A DNA stretch of 64,000 nt, taken from assembly GCF_002105155.1 (NCBI RefSeq), contig NW_019028980.1, positions 930,001 through 994,000 on the forward strand, given 5' to 3'. The translations under genes and the position numbers were made by a program. The stretch comes from Lobosporangium transversale. Its lineage: Eukaryota. Position 1 is the stretch's first letter; each line of letters begins with the position of its first letter. Below, one piece after another: positions 42,221 through 63,456 of the stretch. The notes under the pieces were generated by a model, which worked only from the letters and a program-made list of their open reading frames with translations, did not search any database and was not told the DNA's origin.

Positions 42221-44632
42221 AAACAACATGTGGAAACCAATCTACAAAATACTTCTTTAGCATTATCGGCCGACAGCCCACTTTCCACTCCTAGTCCTCT
42301 AGAAAGCGGCACATTCGGCATATACCCCCTCCCAATGCCCTCAACCGTCCGAAATAGCCAACATGAGCAGCAAGAGTCGGCGCCATTATCGTCTGAAGAA
42401 ACAGCTACCTTGCCTTCTCCAGCTTACAACAACAACAACAATAATCCATCCACAGCTTCCCCAAGCCATAGAACTCGATTTACATTTGGCTACGATGATT
42501 CAATGGTCCAGGATGCTCTAAAGCTCCTTCCATCCCATTCGCCTGCAATTGCACATGAAAATGATGAAAGCGCCCTTAATGTGGTTGATGCGATCGACAA
42601 GGACGACAGTGATAATAACGATAGCAATAATCACAGGGACATCAGTGGTAGCGGTATCGGTAGCCATAGCTATAGCCTTAGCCATGGCTATAGCCGTAAC
42701 CGTACCCGTAGCCATAGTCATAGCCTTAGCCATAGCCATAGCCACAACCTTAGTCATAGCCGTAATCGCAATCGTAGCTGCAGTAGCAGTGGCGTTATTA
42801 TCAAATCAACTGACAATCGATACCATACAGACATGCCATTATCACCATTACCTCTTTCATCCCCAGTTCATACGCCACGCATCCATTCCACATTCTCCAA
42901 GCACCCTGTTTCTGCCACCACGGCTGATACTGGGCATCACCATCACTTCTTCCCTCCTCATATCATGCCCTGGAAACGTCAATCATTTACAGCACCAGAT
43001 TCATTCACCACAGCCATCACTGGAAACTTAGATACGAATGTTGGTGCAAAAGCAGAAGTAAAAGCAAGTGCAAATGCAAGTACAAGTGAAGGTGTATCAC
43101 CAGCCTTTGGAGGCATCCAATCTGGCAGTAGTAGCGAAGGTAGTGGAAGTCGAAGTAATCAGTCACGTCACCATCCTCGCAGACAAACCGTAGGCGGCGA
43201 TGGCCAAGGAAGCTCATCAACAGTTTTTGGAGCCAAAGATTCAACTTTCAATCCAAGTACACCAATAATAGAAGTGCTATCGCCACAGCGGAGTCGTTCA
43301 CGAACAAGAAGGCGTTTGTCACTGTTCATGAACATGCTTCTCCCCACAATCCCTTCGTCGTCGTCAATAACATTGCCACCCATAACTGCTACCACTGCTA
43401 CTACCACTGCTGCTTCTGCTGCTGCTTCCGCTGCTCCTACCACTACTGCCACCCAATTATCTCAGAAACCTCTTCCACCTGTCCCCATCTCTTTTTCTTC
43501 CTCGTCATATTCGCCTCAAACGGCACCGATAGCCCTTACGGACGTGACCAAGCTCACGTCACCTGCTATTGTTTCTACATATCAGGCAATGGATTCGTCT
43601 ATGTTAGCTGCTCTTGGCTCTGGTCCCTACACTGCTCCTACCACCACGTCAGGCACGGGCAGCAAAAAACGACAACCGTTTTCTTTGACTATCACTCAAA
43701 CCAACAAAAGCAATAGCAGCAACAGCGATAATAATAACGATCATGGTAACCATAATGACAGCACCATTATTACCAGTAACAGCGATAACAACAGTGTCTC
43801 TAAATCGCCGATCCCTATACCACCAATAAAGCGTTCCAAGTCTCTCCGCTTGAAGGATTTGATCAGTATGTCCACAAATAGAGGATCAGTATCAAAGCCA
43901 ACAGCGACGCCAACCCCCGCACCGGCGCCGGCAGTGGCATCGGCACCGACACCAGTGCCAACATCAATACTGGTGCCAGCATCGGAACCTCAATCTACGG
44001 GATTACTCCAAACAAACCCGCTTCAAACCCAGCCACCCCTACTCATGGATAATCCCAGTGATCGCGTTCCTCCTCCTCACCAATACGGCTTGTCGCATCA
44101 ATACCAGCCTCAGCAGCATATACCCACTTCTTTTTCTTCTTCTTCCTCGTCTACTGGCCCAACACCCACTTCCCTATCTGGCGTTTCAAATGCAACTGTG
44201 GCTGCTTCAGGTTCAGGATTTTATACCGGAAGTCAAAGCAGTGCTTCGCGACCATCTCAGGAGCCATTAATCATCTCTTCATTACAACCAGAAAATCAAC
44301 CATCAAGTCTAGTGAGCCAAACATTCTATAACAACAACAACAACAACATTAGCGTTAACAATGGTAGCAGCAATAACAGTAGCAGTAGCAGTAGCAATAG
44401 CAGCTGCAGTAGTAGTAAGATGCGAGCACAGACAACGGATGACCTACAGAGTAGTAATGAAGGACCTAAAGCGACTAAAAAAGCAAACAAAGGCAAAAAG
44501 CAGCAGAAGGAAAAGATCTCGAAGAAGGATAAGAAAAAGGATAAGAAAGCGGAGGGGGAGGGGGACCACGATAGCCAGAAGAAGAACAAATGTATCTCAT
44601 TCTCCATATTTCGTTCATTTTTCAAAAAATAA
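41699..44632 (+). CDS. Hypothetical Ser/Thr/Pro/Gln-rich disordered protein (~977 aa) with basic C-terminus
   Basis: Uninterrupted 2.9-kb ORF, first ATG at 41699; no recognised domain. Confidence 0.8.
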
Positions 44633-45243
44633 AAGAATTCACATAGAGAGTAATAGAGTAAAAAAAAACACACACACACACACACAGAATACACTTGTAT
44701 TATATATAAATAAAGGGCAATTTCTCTTGTCCTTAGGTTATTTTGCATAGTAACTGCGCTAGCGGGATCAATTCTACGTGATTATCCTCTTTTTTTTTTG
44801 AGTGGGGGAGCCATAATGCGTTTGAAGGAAGAAGAAGTTCCAACTAAAGTCGCAGACCTTTGCGACATTAAGTTTTACTTGACTTGATGTTGTTGGCTTG
44901 GTAGCCAATCAGCCAATCAGCATCGATCATTCAAAGATGCGTTCTCAAAACAGTGGCCTTTACTGTAATATCGCTTTATTTCCCGTTCGAGAATCAAAAA
45001 AAAAAAAAAAAAAAAAAAAAACCCCAATTACGGTTGTCTCCGATCTACATCTTTCTTTTCCATGTGAAAAGGAAACAAAAACTACGAGAGAAGATAGAAA
45101 AGAGTGGGGTAGTAAAAGGTTGCTGGTTCGGATAATGAACAAAAGACGTCTTTTGTCGTCTTCGTAAACCAAAATGTGCATGCAACGACAGAACAACGCC
45201 TCACTCTTTCGATAAATAGAGACTTTAAAGTCTAAGTCGTTAT

Positions 45244-45280
<37 letters not shown>

Positions 45281-45289
45281 TTATTTATT

Positions 45290-46200
45290 TTATACAGAAG
45301 TAAACCAATGTATAGTCAAAACAGGGACATGTTATCCATTGCTTGTTTGCTTGTTGAAAGGCTTTTGGCGCGTTGACTAACCCAAGGGGCATCACCTCGA
45401 ATCCGTATAGTCCCTGCGCTAGTATTCCAAAAACTCTTTTCTTCTGGTCTCTCCTGTCCATTGGAATTTGCCAGTATTCTTTTAGCGCATCCGAGGCAGA
45501 GAGCACAAAAATACAAGGGAGGTGGTCCAAAAGATCATCAATACATCAATACGAAGGAGAGGATAGGTGTCCTTCCTGCTGACTTTATTCAGAGCCCTGT
45601 AGTCCACGCAAATGTGTAACCCTCCATCCTTCTTCTGAATTGGAAGAACAGATGCACGCCCTGGGCTCTGACTAGGCGCAACAATGGCGGCTTCTCGCAT
45701 TTGTTTCATTTCCTCGAGTGAGGCGTCTCTATGGACCTTAAGTACCCTGTATGACTTGAAATGGACCGTGGGCGATCACTAAAGTCGTTGGCATGCGTCA
45801 CGCTCGATTGGATTTTGTCTTGTAGTTCTACGATATCGACAGCGAAACTGTCTTCATTGGTTGTCATCATGCTCTGAAAGTCTTCGCTTTCATGTGGTGC
45901 TAGCGGATATTCATCTTCTTTTGAGAGTGCCTTGTTACTTCAGCCGCGACGGAGTTAACCTCATCCATATTAGCGATAGCGATGTAGCAAATCCTCTCAG
46001 CCTCTTCAAAGTCGTCCTAATCGCCATCGTCAGGTCGTTATAATCAGTGGCGTCGGAACCTATCTCGTCGGTAACACCTAGGTCCGTTAAGTATCAGTCT
46101 TCGTGACTGGTCTTCATGGGCACTTCACACTGGTACTCGTCTACTTCGAGCTTGAGCAGATTATCCCTGATGTTCAAGTCCTTCAAAATAAAGTTCATGC
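45290..46200 (-). mobile_element. Decayed Ty3/gypsy LTR-retrotransposon pol fragment (RT N-terminal half)
   Basis: IVAPSQSP..VLPIQKKDGGLHICVDYRALNKVSRKDTYPLLRID and, in another frame, YWQIPM...GLYGFEVMPLGLVNAPKAFQ; frameshifts and stops; ends at LVY before the YxDD motif. Confidence 0.9.
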
Positions 46201-47319
46201 TAATTTTTTAAGTGGCTCTAGCACGCAATTTATCCTGGCAAATTTGCCAATACATTTATATATATGCTAAGGTAGGCTCATCATGTGCACTTACACCGTG
46301 CTGAAAGGCAAATGTGGCTTGCTCCTGCCTGCAGACAGGCTGGGGACCACTTTAGGAGGCCAGTGATTTAGGTGTGTGCGTTAGAATTATATGTGAAAAT
46401 TGTCTAGAAAGTGTGGGCGAAATGCAACCTTGTCAATGATGTTATTCTTTCAGAGATAGAATCTCTGACACAATTAGATGATCCCAGTATTTATAAATAG
46501 AACTACTTCCTGTCTCACTTTACTCTTTTACATGCTTTTGAACGCAAAATATTTATACTGAGAGCTAGTATATATGACATCTTTGCTCTAAAGATATAGA
46601 TGTCGCCTAGCTCCGTGGGATTATATTTACTATAACTTTAACCGTTTTGGCCTTGGATTCGTTGACGTCACTGGTAGACAGTTTAGCCAGATGCTAGAAA
46701 CGACAACTATACTATAGAAAGAGTATGTCATCCAAGCACCGCGTGCGCTGGAGAATGGACAAAGGCTGGGTTGAGGATAGGCAGAGTTTAGGTAATAAGT
46801 AAGAACTCTATCTCAGCAATTACAAGGCGCGAATCCAAGCAGTGATACAAACCCCCATAAATCGAGCAGTGCCCGATTAACCAAGCAGCATTGAGAGTGG
46901 TCCATTGGGAGTGTGAAGTGACCTGTTGTTGGACCATCTGAATCTCAATCAGCAAATACACCATGTATTTATATTTTATGTGCAATACTGCTGCGGCTGG
47001 TGACGAACCTAATGCTAAGGTACGCTTCTCATTGTGACTTTGTGTTAGCTGGACTTAAGGCACCGGATCGAATATCAAAATATCCGGGTCTTAGGAGCTT
47101 TACAAAGGAAGCCAGAATAACACCAGATCGAGGGGCAGGAGATAAGGTACGATTCAACACGGCGACGTGGGCGTTGACCCCACTAAAGGTATTAATGGAA
47201 ATAGAAGGACGCAGTTGGAACAGTGTGTGAAGTGACAGGAACGGAAGCTCAGAAAAATAAATGGAGAAAAAAAAATGGGTGGGTTTGTCAGACTATCTGC
47301 AGATCACTATGTAGTAGGA

Positions 47320-47560
47320 GGAGCAGTTTATCATAATCTTCACCTCTCCCGACCTTGTGAATCAAACAACATTTCATGAACTCTTAGCCAACATGCCTGT
47401 CTCTGCAAGAATCACCAAGGAAGGACAAGAGTCACTCAGGTTAAAAATTTCACCAGAAGAAACCCCATCTTTCCTCTGAGTTTTATCACCTTAACCAAGG
47501 AAGCAAAGTCCATGGTTGCATTGATTCGGTGGCTGATTTTAAAATATTTGGCCTCCAATG
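47320..47560 (+). mobile_element. Possible decayed non-LTR (LINE) ORF2 fragment, region just before RT
   Basis: FTSPDLVNQTTFHELLANMPVSARITKEGQESLRLKISPEE...KQSP resembles the pre-RT helix/KSPG region of L1-like fungal LINEs; several stops. By-eye similarity only. Confidence 0.4.
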
Positions 47561-47944
47561 CGTTCAAGACTTTATGAATTCCTAAAAGATCGTTAAATTC
47601 ATTTTCCCTCTGAGAACATCTTGTTCATGAGCCCCAAGGGTTGAACTTGGGGAACAACTCTTCGTCCAGGTAAACCACTGGCGAATGAGCAAAGTGAATA
47701 GTTAGCTCTGTCGATAGCACAGTGACTGTACAAAGTCATACGATATTTCGAACGTTGTATTAAAAAAATTGCTACTTTTTTTTTTTTTTTTTATTCAACT
47801 TTTACAAAGGTCTCCCATTTATAATGGTGGAGGTCAATAGCATTCTATATCGGCGGAAGCTGTTCTTCATGATGAAGCCGGCACTGGATCTCCGTGTTAT
47901 CAATGGAATGCAAAACCAAAGGTGTTTCGATTTGCTTGTCCCTG

Positions 47945-47975
<31 letters not shown>

Positions 47976-48127
47976 GTAGCATCAATACTAATAATTCAAT
48001 AACATTACAGCCTATAGATGGGACGAATGGAGATTTATGTAATGGGCTTGGAGTATGAAGTAATGCATATGCTCAAGTTGTTGAGGGTTGAATATCCTGT
48101 TGACTGTTTGTGTAGGTGTCTATTTCA

Positions 48128-48174
<47 letters not shown>

Positions 48175-48379
48175 TAAAAATAATGTGGCACACTTACACC
48201 TTGTTAATCGTCTTGCTCCATTCCTTTGACGTAATCCTAGTCAATTTGTTAGAACGTGGTGGATGTTGTTCAATCGCGACGTCAAGATTCCTATCAAAGT
48301 AGAAAGATGTGAAATAAAGAAACCTTTTTGTTAGTATTTAAGTGATATTCAACTACCCCGGGATGACTATATGATGCTC

Positions 48380-48660
48380 ATCTCCCTCAAGACCAAATTG
48401 TGCCCATTGTGGAGCATAGAAAATGGATTTGAACTTGTAGCGTGCCATTATTAGTACTTGGGAGGATATCTGTCAAAGAGTGGTGGAAGGTGTCAAAAAC
48501 TATCTCGCTCCAAGGGACATTTGACCAATTGGGATGATGGTGTTGAGTGAGACAGATGGGAGAGCAAGGTGAAGTGGTAGGGATGAAGGGGTTGAGCAGC
48601 AAAGGTGCCTTTATTGAGTAATCGAGGAGAAGCAATTATTAGCAGGAATCAAATATAAGC
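48380..48660 (-). mobile_element. Possible decayed LINE C-terminal (zf-RVT-like) fragment
   Basis: LLNPFIPTTSPCSPIC...W...CSTMGTIWS loosely resembles the C-terminal zinc-finger region of Mucoromycota LINEs. Confidence 0.25.
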
Positions 48661-48873
48661 GAGAGCTAGGCTACATTACTAGCTGCGCCAGGGTCCCGGC
48701 ATCAGTATATCTCTAGCAAAGATAGTGGAAATGGCCTAATGAATTGATGAGAAAGGCCAAAAAAAAAAAAAAAAAAAAAAAAAAGACTTTATTAGGCAAA
48801 TTTGTCATTACGGATTTAGTTATAATTTATTGCCATTATAAAACACTTCCAATCTTGGTTTTTACATGCTAGA

Positions 48874-51613
<2,740 letters not shown>

Positions 51614-52204
51614 CTTGTTTTTGCTTCACTTGTTTGAGATGAAATGTGTTTGTATTTAGGATGTTGAGACAAAAAAAAAAAAGAACAGAGTTTAAGAGGT
51701 ACGGTAAATGTACATACATGAATAGAGGTTACAGTTCAGAGCCTTGAACACATTCCCTTCTGTGTGGAAAATCACAGCCACTTATTAGAGATTTTGAATT
51801 TAGCCTCAGTGGTATCAATTGTTTGTGTCAAACATTCTTTTCCTGACACAAAACCAAGAACCATGGAGTGCCATGAGTGCATTTTGTTCAATTGGCCAAC
51901 AGTCCGAGATTGGTGGCGTGCAATAGTGCAATATCAGGTGACAACCGTTTCCAAACTCCCATCACTACCCAACTCGCAGTGAACCACATACTAATAAGGA
52001 TGCTCTCTCTTTATTTAATATTGTTACTATTGGAGCATGCTGATTTCCATCATCATCATTCTCATCATCTCCATTGCTTTTTTTCCATTTCAGACTTTTC
52101 TCATTATCATAAACCCATCAGGAAAAAAAAAAAAAAAATAGTAAAAGAAAAAGGCCAAAATGGTTCAAAAGAGAAGAAAGGTTGGAATTTTTTATTATTA
52201 TTAT

Positions 52205-53176
52205 TCATACAACAATGACTTGCATTCTGCGGCTTTTGGCATTTCCTCCCATCCCACGGACATTCAGGAATCGGGTTGACTGGGTACTAATAGCATCAAG
52301 TGACAATGGTAGTGGGTCCATACTACACAGGTCGTCCTTAACACAACCAGTGTCACTACTAGAGTGGAGTGATGTTGGGGAACTTGGTGAGCTTGTGGGC
52401 GAGGACGAGACGGAGGAAGATAATGAGCCAGAGTCCGTCAAGGCCGGGGTCGATGGTGCCGATGATGACAACGATGACGAAGAGGAGAATGAGGAGGACG
52501 AGGACGTGGATAAAGACGAAAAAGACCTTGACTGTGCACGCTGGGGACGATAAGGATGAAAACCATGAGGACGGGTTTCAGAGGGTACGGAGGTAAGCTC
52601 TGAGGCCGATACTGGAGATGACGATGGCTTGCGAGTGTGGAGAATGAGAAGGTTGCGACTCTGGTCATAGACATTACTGCTTCTGAAGGACGTGAGGTCG
52701 CGAGACCATCGCTCCCCTGCTACCCTAACTGTGGATGACGACACAGGAGAAGATACGGATAGACTGGAAGGGGAGCTGCTGAATTCCAGATGTGAACCGG
52801 TCTGTGACAAGGCCAACGGAGCAAGAGTGTTGACCCCTGAGGAGTCCTCCTGAGAAGACTTTGCTTGCTCCTCATTGTCTGAAGGACTAAACTGTTGGTC
52901 ATATTTTCGAATGTCAACAGCCATAGTCAAAGAAGGGTCATTCTGGATTCGGAAAGAGAAGACAATTCCCTTGGACGGATCGTCCTGAGATGGCGATCTT
53001 CTGGGTGTGCTTTTTTTGCGACCACTTTGGGCGAGATCAAGCGGCTGGGGAGATGGCGAGGAAGCATTCGACGGAGCCTTACTGTTGTTATTGCTGTAGG
53101 TACTACTGCTTCGCTGTGAGTATGTTGTATGTGCAGGCTGTTTGGTCTTACGGGCAGCTGCCTTTTTCTTTGCCAT
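52205..53176 (-). CDS. Hypothetical Ser-rich protein (~323 aa), single exon
   Basis: ATCATGG start at 53176 (MAKKKAAARK), coding-like composition to TGA at 52207-52205; no recognised domain. Confidence 0.72.
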   Translation of the reverse strand: MAKKKAAARKTKQPAHTTYSQRSSSTYSNNNSKAPSNASSPSPQPLDLAQSGRKKSTPRRSPSQDDPSKGIVFSFRIQNDPSLTMAVDIRKYDQQFSPSDNEEQAKSSQEDSSGVNTLAPLALSQTGSHLEFSSSPSSLSVSSPVSSSTVRVAGERWSRDLTSFRSSNVYDQSRNLLILHTRKPSSSPVSASELTSVPSETRPHGFHPYRPQRAQSRSFSSLSTSSSSSFSSSSSLSSSAPSTPALTDSGSLSSSVSSSPTSSPSSPTSLHSSSDTGCVKDDLCSMDPLPLSLDAISTQSTRFLNVRGMGGNAKSRRMQVIVV

Positions 53177-55357
53177 GATGTTAATTGGATTGTATAGTTT
53201 CGATAAGGTATTTACAGTTGAAGAAAAATGATCAAGGCAAAGAGTTGAATGCAGAGTATTTGGCTTGCAGTAGCGTGAATAAGTAAGAAGAATTACAAAA
53301 AAGAACAAGGACAAGGACAAGGACAAAACGAATGGAGTAAAAAACAAAAGAATCAAACAAAACAAAGTAAACAAAAATTAAGCAAGAAGAGAGAGAGAAG
53401 AGAGGAGAGAGGAGAGAGGAAGAAGGAATTGAGCTGACATCCGGATCCAAAAAAGTTCGTGATGGACAGTACAGAATGAAGACGAAATAAGAAAAGAAAG
53501 AGAAAGAGAAAGGAGAAAGAGAAAAAAAGTGTGTGTGAAAGATAGTCCATTTTGATGAGACCAATGTCCGCCACGATAAAACCAAGATGGACTGACTGAA
53601 GAGACAGGACCATTGAGAAATATAAACATTTTTTATTTATTACAGAATAAAAAATAGACAAGAACAAAGTTTTTTTTTTTTGCATGTGTGTGATGTTAAT
53701 GATTTACACATTAAAACAATGTCCCACTAGCCTAAGCCATGCCATGTCACTTTTACTTTTTCTTTCCTTTTTTTCTTTTCACACATAACACAGTCATCTT
53801 TCCTATTTTGCTCACCCCTTCATCTTTTGGAACGCATGCGAATATGATGAAGTCTCATTTGCTTTCATTCATTCGCTCTTCCTCTCACTTTAACAGTCCC
53901 GAAACATTCTATGTTAGATATCTGTTATATTTATTACCCCCATTAATAGATAGAGCCAACTTCAACGAAAATAGTCTATCATCTCATGTTCCATGGATGC
54001 AGAATGAATAAGGAAAAATGGCTCAGAAGGCTGTATTACTGTTTGAGGGTCAATTACTTTTTGTGACAATGTGTGGACGCCAAACTGTCCCACTGGAAAG
54101 GAATGCTCTGTCACCCCATTGCTCAAACACGGGCTTGACATGCATGGACCCTGTTTTTTCTTCCTTATTTTATTCTTATACTCTTTTGTGTATTGCCATG
54201 ATGTGAATAAAGCAAGGGAGGTCTGCTATTCAAAGCAAAAATGTAAAACAATTCACAACTAATATATGAAGTGAATGGTTGCGACAAATAACTATATCTG
54301 CAATCCATGTCCCATTGAGATGGGATAGGATTGTAGTAAGAAAGTCTCATTCTCTCCAAAACACAAGTGTGTGCAACCACAAATGTTATTTTGTACCCAC
54401 AAGTATTCGTCATTGTGTCGGTAATGCTAACATTTACACCTCTTTATTTCCCCCCCTTTTTTCTCTTTTTCGCCATGGCTCCATTTCTGAATGCCCCATT
54501 CTTGGCATGCAGTCTTTGGCTTGACTTTGCAAACGCGCACAGTCCAACTCAAGCTCACAGAGCAGTGCTCTGTCTTCCTTTTCTCCATATTGGCTGCTTC
54601 TCACTGTTGTCTCGATCAAGAGACTAGAGCAAGCAAATCTTGTGCGTGTCGCGTCGTTGAATGTGCGTGTGAGCAATTGTGTATGCGAGAGGAAAAGGAG
54701 AGAAAGCTCTCTGCTCTGTTCGCTCCTCCAATCCCCGCGCAATGCCATGCCTCCTATTCTGTCTCCCCCAATTTCAATTTCACTTCTTCTGTAATGTGTG
54801 TATTGACTCTGTTCCTGTTGCAACTGCTGTCGTTGCTGTTGTTTAGTTATCATTTCTCCTTGTTTCTTCAAAAGAAAACAACCACGTCCCAAATGAAGAA
54901 AAGGGGGAAAGAAAAAAAAAAAAAAAAAGAGAGAGGGAGAGAACAATAACGATGGAAAAACGGCTGTTGTTGTTCATCACTTTTGACCTTTTAGTAATTC
55001 GGCTGTTTGCCATAACGTCTCATATTACGCCCAGCACTGCCTGACCCAATTGGTGACGCTGGATGGATGATCAGTCTAAACAATAAGCTCTTTCAGATGT
55101 ATGCCTCTGAACTCTGCTGGCGTTGTTGCTGTGCTTTTTTTTTTCTTTTCTTTTCTCCTTACTCTTCAAAGCTTTACTTTATTCTACTACTCAACACCTG
55201 TACTTTCCTTGATATTACGACTTTGCCTCTCAAAGATCATCATTTACCACCACGGGTGTTATTAATTTATACCCTATTTCCACCATTTTTATCTTCCATT
55301 TCACCACAATACGGCACTGCATTTTTTTCCTTTTCTTTTGTAAATACTAAACAAAGG

Positions 55358-55389
<32 letters not shown>

Positions 55390-55898
55390 AGGGAGAGAAT
55401 AAACGTCCTGTCAAGCTACTCACTGGTTCCCAGAACCTTGAGGAATCCATTCCTCCTTCTGTCCCTACGCTCATTCCATTCCATTCAGAAAAGAACGGCT
55501 CACTCGTCCCTCTCCTTCCCTTTCTATCTGTCCTTACTATCCTTATTATAATAATAATTATTTTCAAATCCGTCCGTCCGTCTTTGCTTTCCCTCACTCA
55601 CACACTCTTTATTTCTCCTTCCTCCTCTCCTTTTCTTCTTCACTCTTTTTACTCATTACGTCTTCCTTCTGCTACGACCCATTGGAATTCCTTTTTGTAT
55701 TTCATTCACTAATTCACATTTACTTTAAACACTGTTTCTACGGTGCCTACAGGTTATTCTACTGAAGCCTCAAAGAAATAAAAATACAGAAATAAAAGGG
55801 TTTCAGAACACTTAATCGTCCACTTTTTATTTTCAAGTCCGCAGTTTCCTGTCTTCTCCTTCTCCTTCCCAGCCTCAATCGACCCGCAATCCGCCGCG

Positions 55899-62084
<6,186 letters not shown>

Positions 62085-62577
62085 AGGGAGGGAATTGACA
62101 TACATAAAAAGTTTTTTATTTGGTGTAACATGATAATTAAAGGTCTCGACCAATCAAAAAGATTTTGCTTATGCCATATGTGAATAAGATATGTACCCGG
62201 CTCTATTCATCACTCTTCTGTGAATACATCCATTCTACCCTACTTTATTTTATTTAATGAAGAAAGTGGAATGACAGTTTATCCCAAACTTATATTTTAG
62301 ATGATCTTACTCTCCATTCATAAGACAATGGCGAGGATGATATATAACTCTTGTTTTAAGAAGAAGTAGAAGAAAGCTTAGATCATTAATGAGTTAATCT
62401 CCCTTGATGGAGGTAAATAGGAGAGGAGAGAAGGAAGGAAGCAAGAACCTTAAAGAAAAAAAGGTCTACAGCTTCTTTTCTTTAAGTACAACAAGAGCAG
62501 CATGCTCTTCCTTTTTTTCCCTTTTTCAGAAATCTCACAAGAAGAAAAGAGGAAAAAAAAAGCGAAACAAAAGTAAA

Positions 62578-62649
62578 TGATCTACGCAGGGGTCGAACCT
62601 GCAATCTCCTGATTCGTAGTCAGACGCCTTTCCATTGGGCCAGTAGACC
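62578..62649 (-). tRNA. tRNA-Arg(ACG), intronless
   Basis: Reverse complement GGTCTACTGGCCCAATGGAAAGGCGTCTGACTACGAATCAGGAGATTGCAGGTTCGACCCCTGCGTAGATCA folds as a cloverleaf with anticodon ACG; T-runs follow. Confidence 0.96.
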
Positions 62650-62774
62650 GTTTTTGAACTTGATATACGTTGCTTATCGTGATTATGTTAAATGACAAGT
62701 CTACCGATTAACATCACGTGAACTTATTTACAATAGCGACTTAAAGCTGTTGCTTAGGACCTACGCTTGACCCA

Positions 62775-63456
62775 GCCCAATGGCTGAGTAGTATACTCGT
62801 CAGGGCACCCCCCTGTCTAGCCCAGGGGCCGGGTTCGAGTCCTGGTTAAGGCACATAAAGTGAAGCAAACATGTGCCAGGTCAGGGATTTGCTTGAGTTT
62901 TTATACTTTCTCTCCGAGACAGCCTAGTGTTCTCCGCTAAGGCTAAGATCGTGGGTGCACTACCCTAAGTCGCCTGGCTGGCCACATGTCTTAGGTTTAT
63001 ATTCCACCCCCCAGCCGAACCAGCGGTACATCTGGCAGCACATCCCCCCCATCCACCCACTTGACTAGGACAGCGATGATCACAAAGTTTGACGGAGTCC
63101 AAAGTAGAAATTTCAGACCAATCCCGCAAGATTTGGGTCCACATGCCAGTGGATTTGATCGAATAGAAAAAAAATTAAAAGTCGTCCTTAGCTAGAGTCG
63201 GCACGCCAGCCTCCGCGGCTTTTCACGGGCGCAACAGGCCACATCGGAAGGATGGACTTCGAGTACCGATCACGGTGTACATTGGTAGAGAAAAACATGG
63301 ATACGAATTGGCTCTTCACAGCCATGCCGTGCGAACTTTGAGAGTTTCGCTTGTTTCATAGTTGAGGGCGATATCATTACTTTAGAGCGAGATTATGAAA
63401 TAAAATTCCTCACCTCTGTGGGTTCTTGTTAACAGGAAAAAAAAAAAAAAAAAAAA
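62775..63456 (+). mobile_element. tRNA-derived SINE-like retroposon with poly(A) tail and 21-bp TSD
   Basis: A-box-like TGGCTGAGTAG (62781), B-box GGTTCGAGTCC (62832), AATAAA (63399), A20 tail (63437-63456); flanked by identical TTAGGACCTACGCTTGACCCA at 62754-62774 and 63457-63477. Confidence 0.9.

Noticed and set aside
46240..46780. LTR belonging to the gypsy remnant
   Set aside because: TATA-like motifs are present, but no second copy, clear TG...CA ends, PBS or TSD could be identified.
47830..48300. Small spliced gene on the minus strand
   Set aside because: Splice-like sites exist, but no start codon was found and the joined exons hit stops; no recognisable protein.
62775..62851. Second tRNA gene (or suppressor/Sec tRNA)
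   Set aside because: Acceptor stem is broken, the anticodon loop is non-canonical, there is no variable loop, and it sits inside a TSD-flanked poly(A) element; treated as a SINE head.
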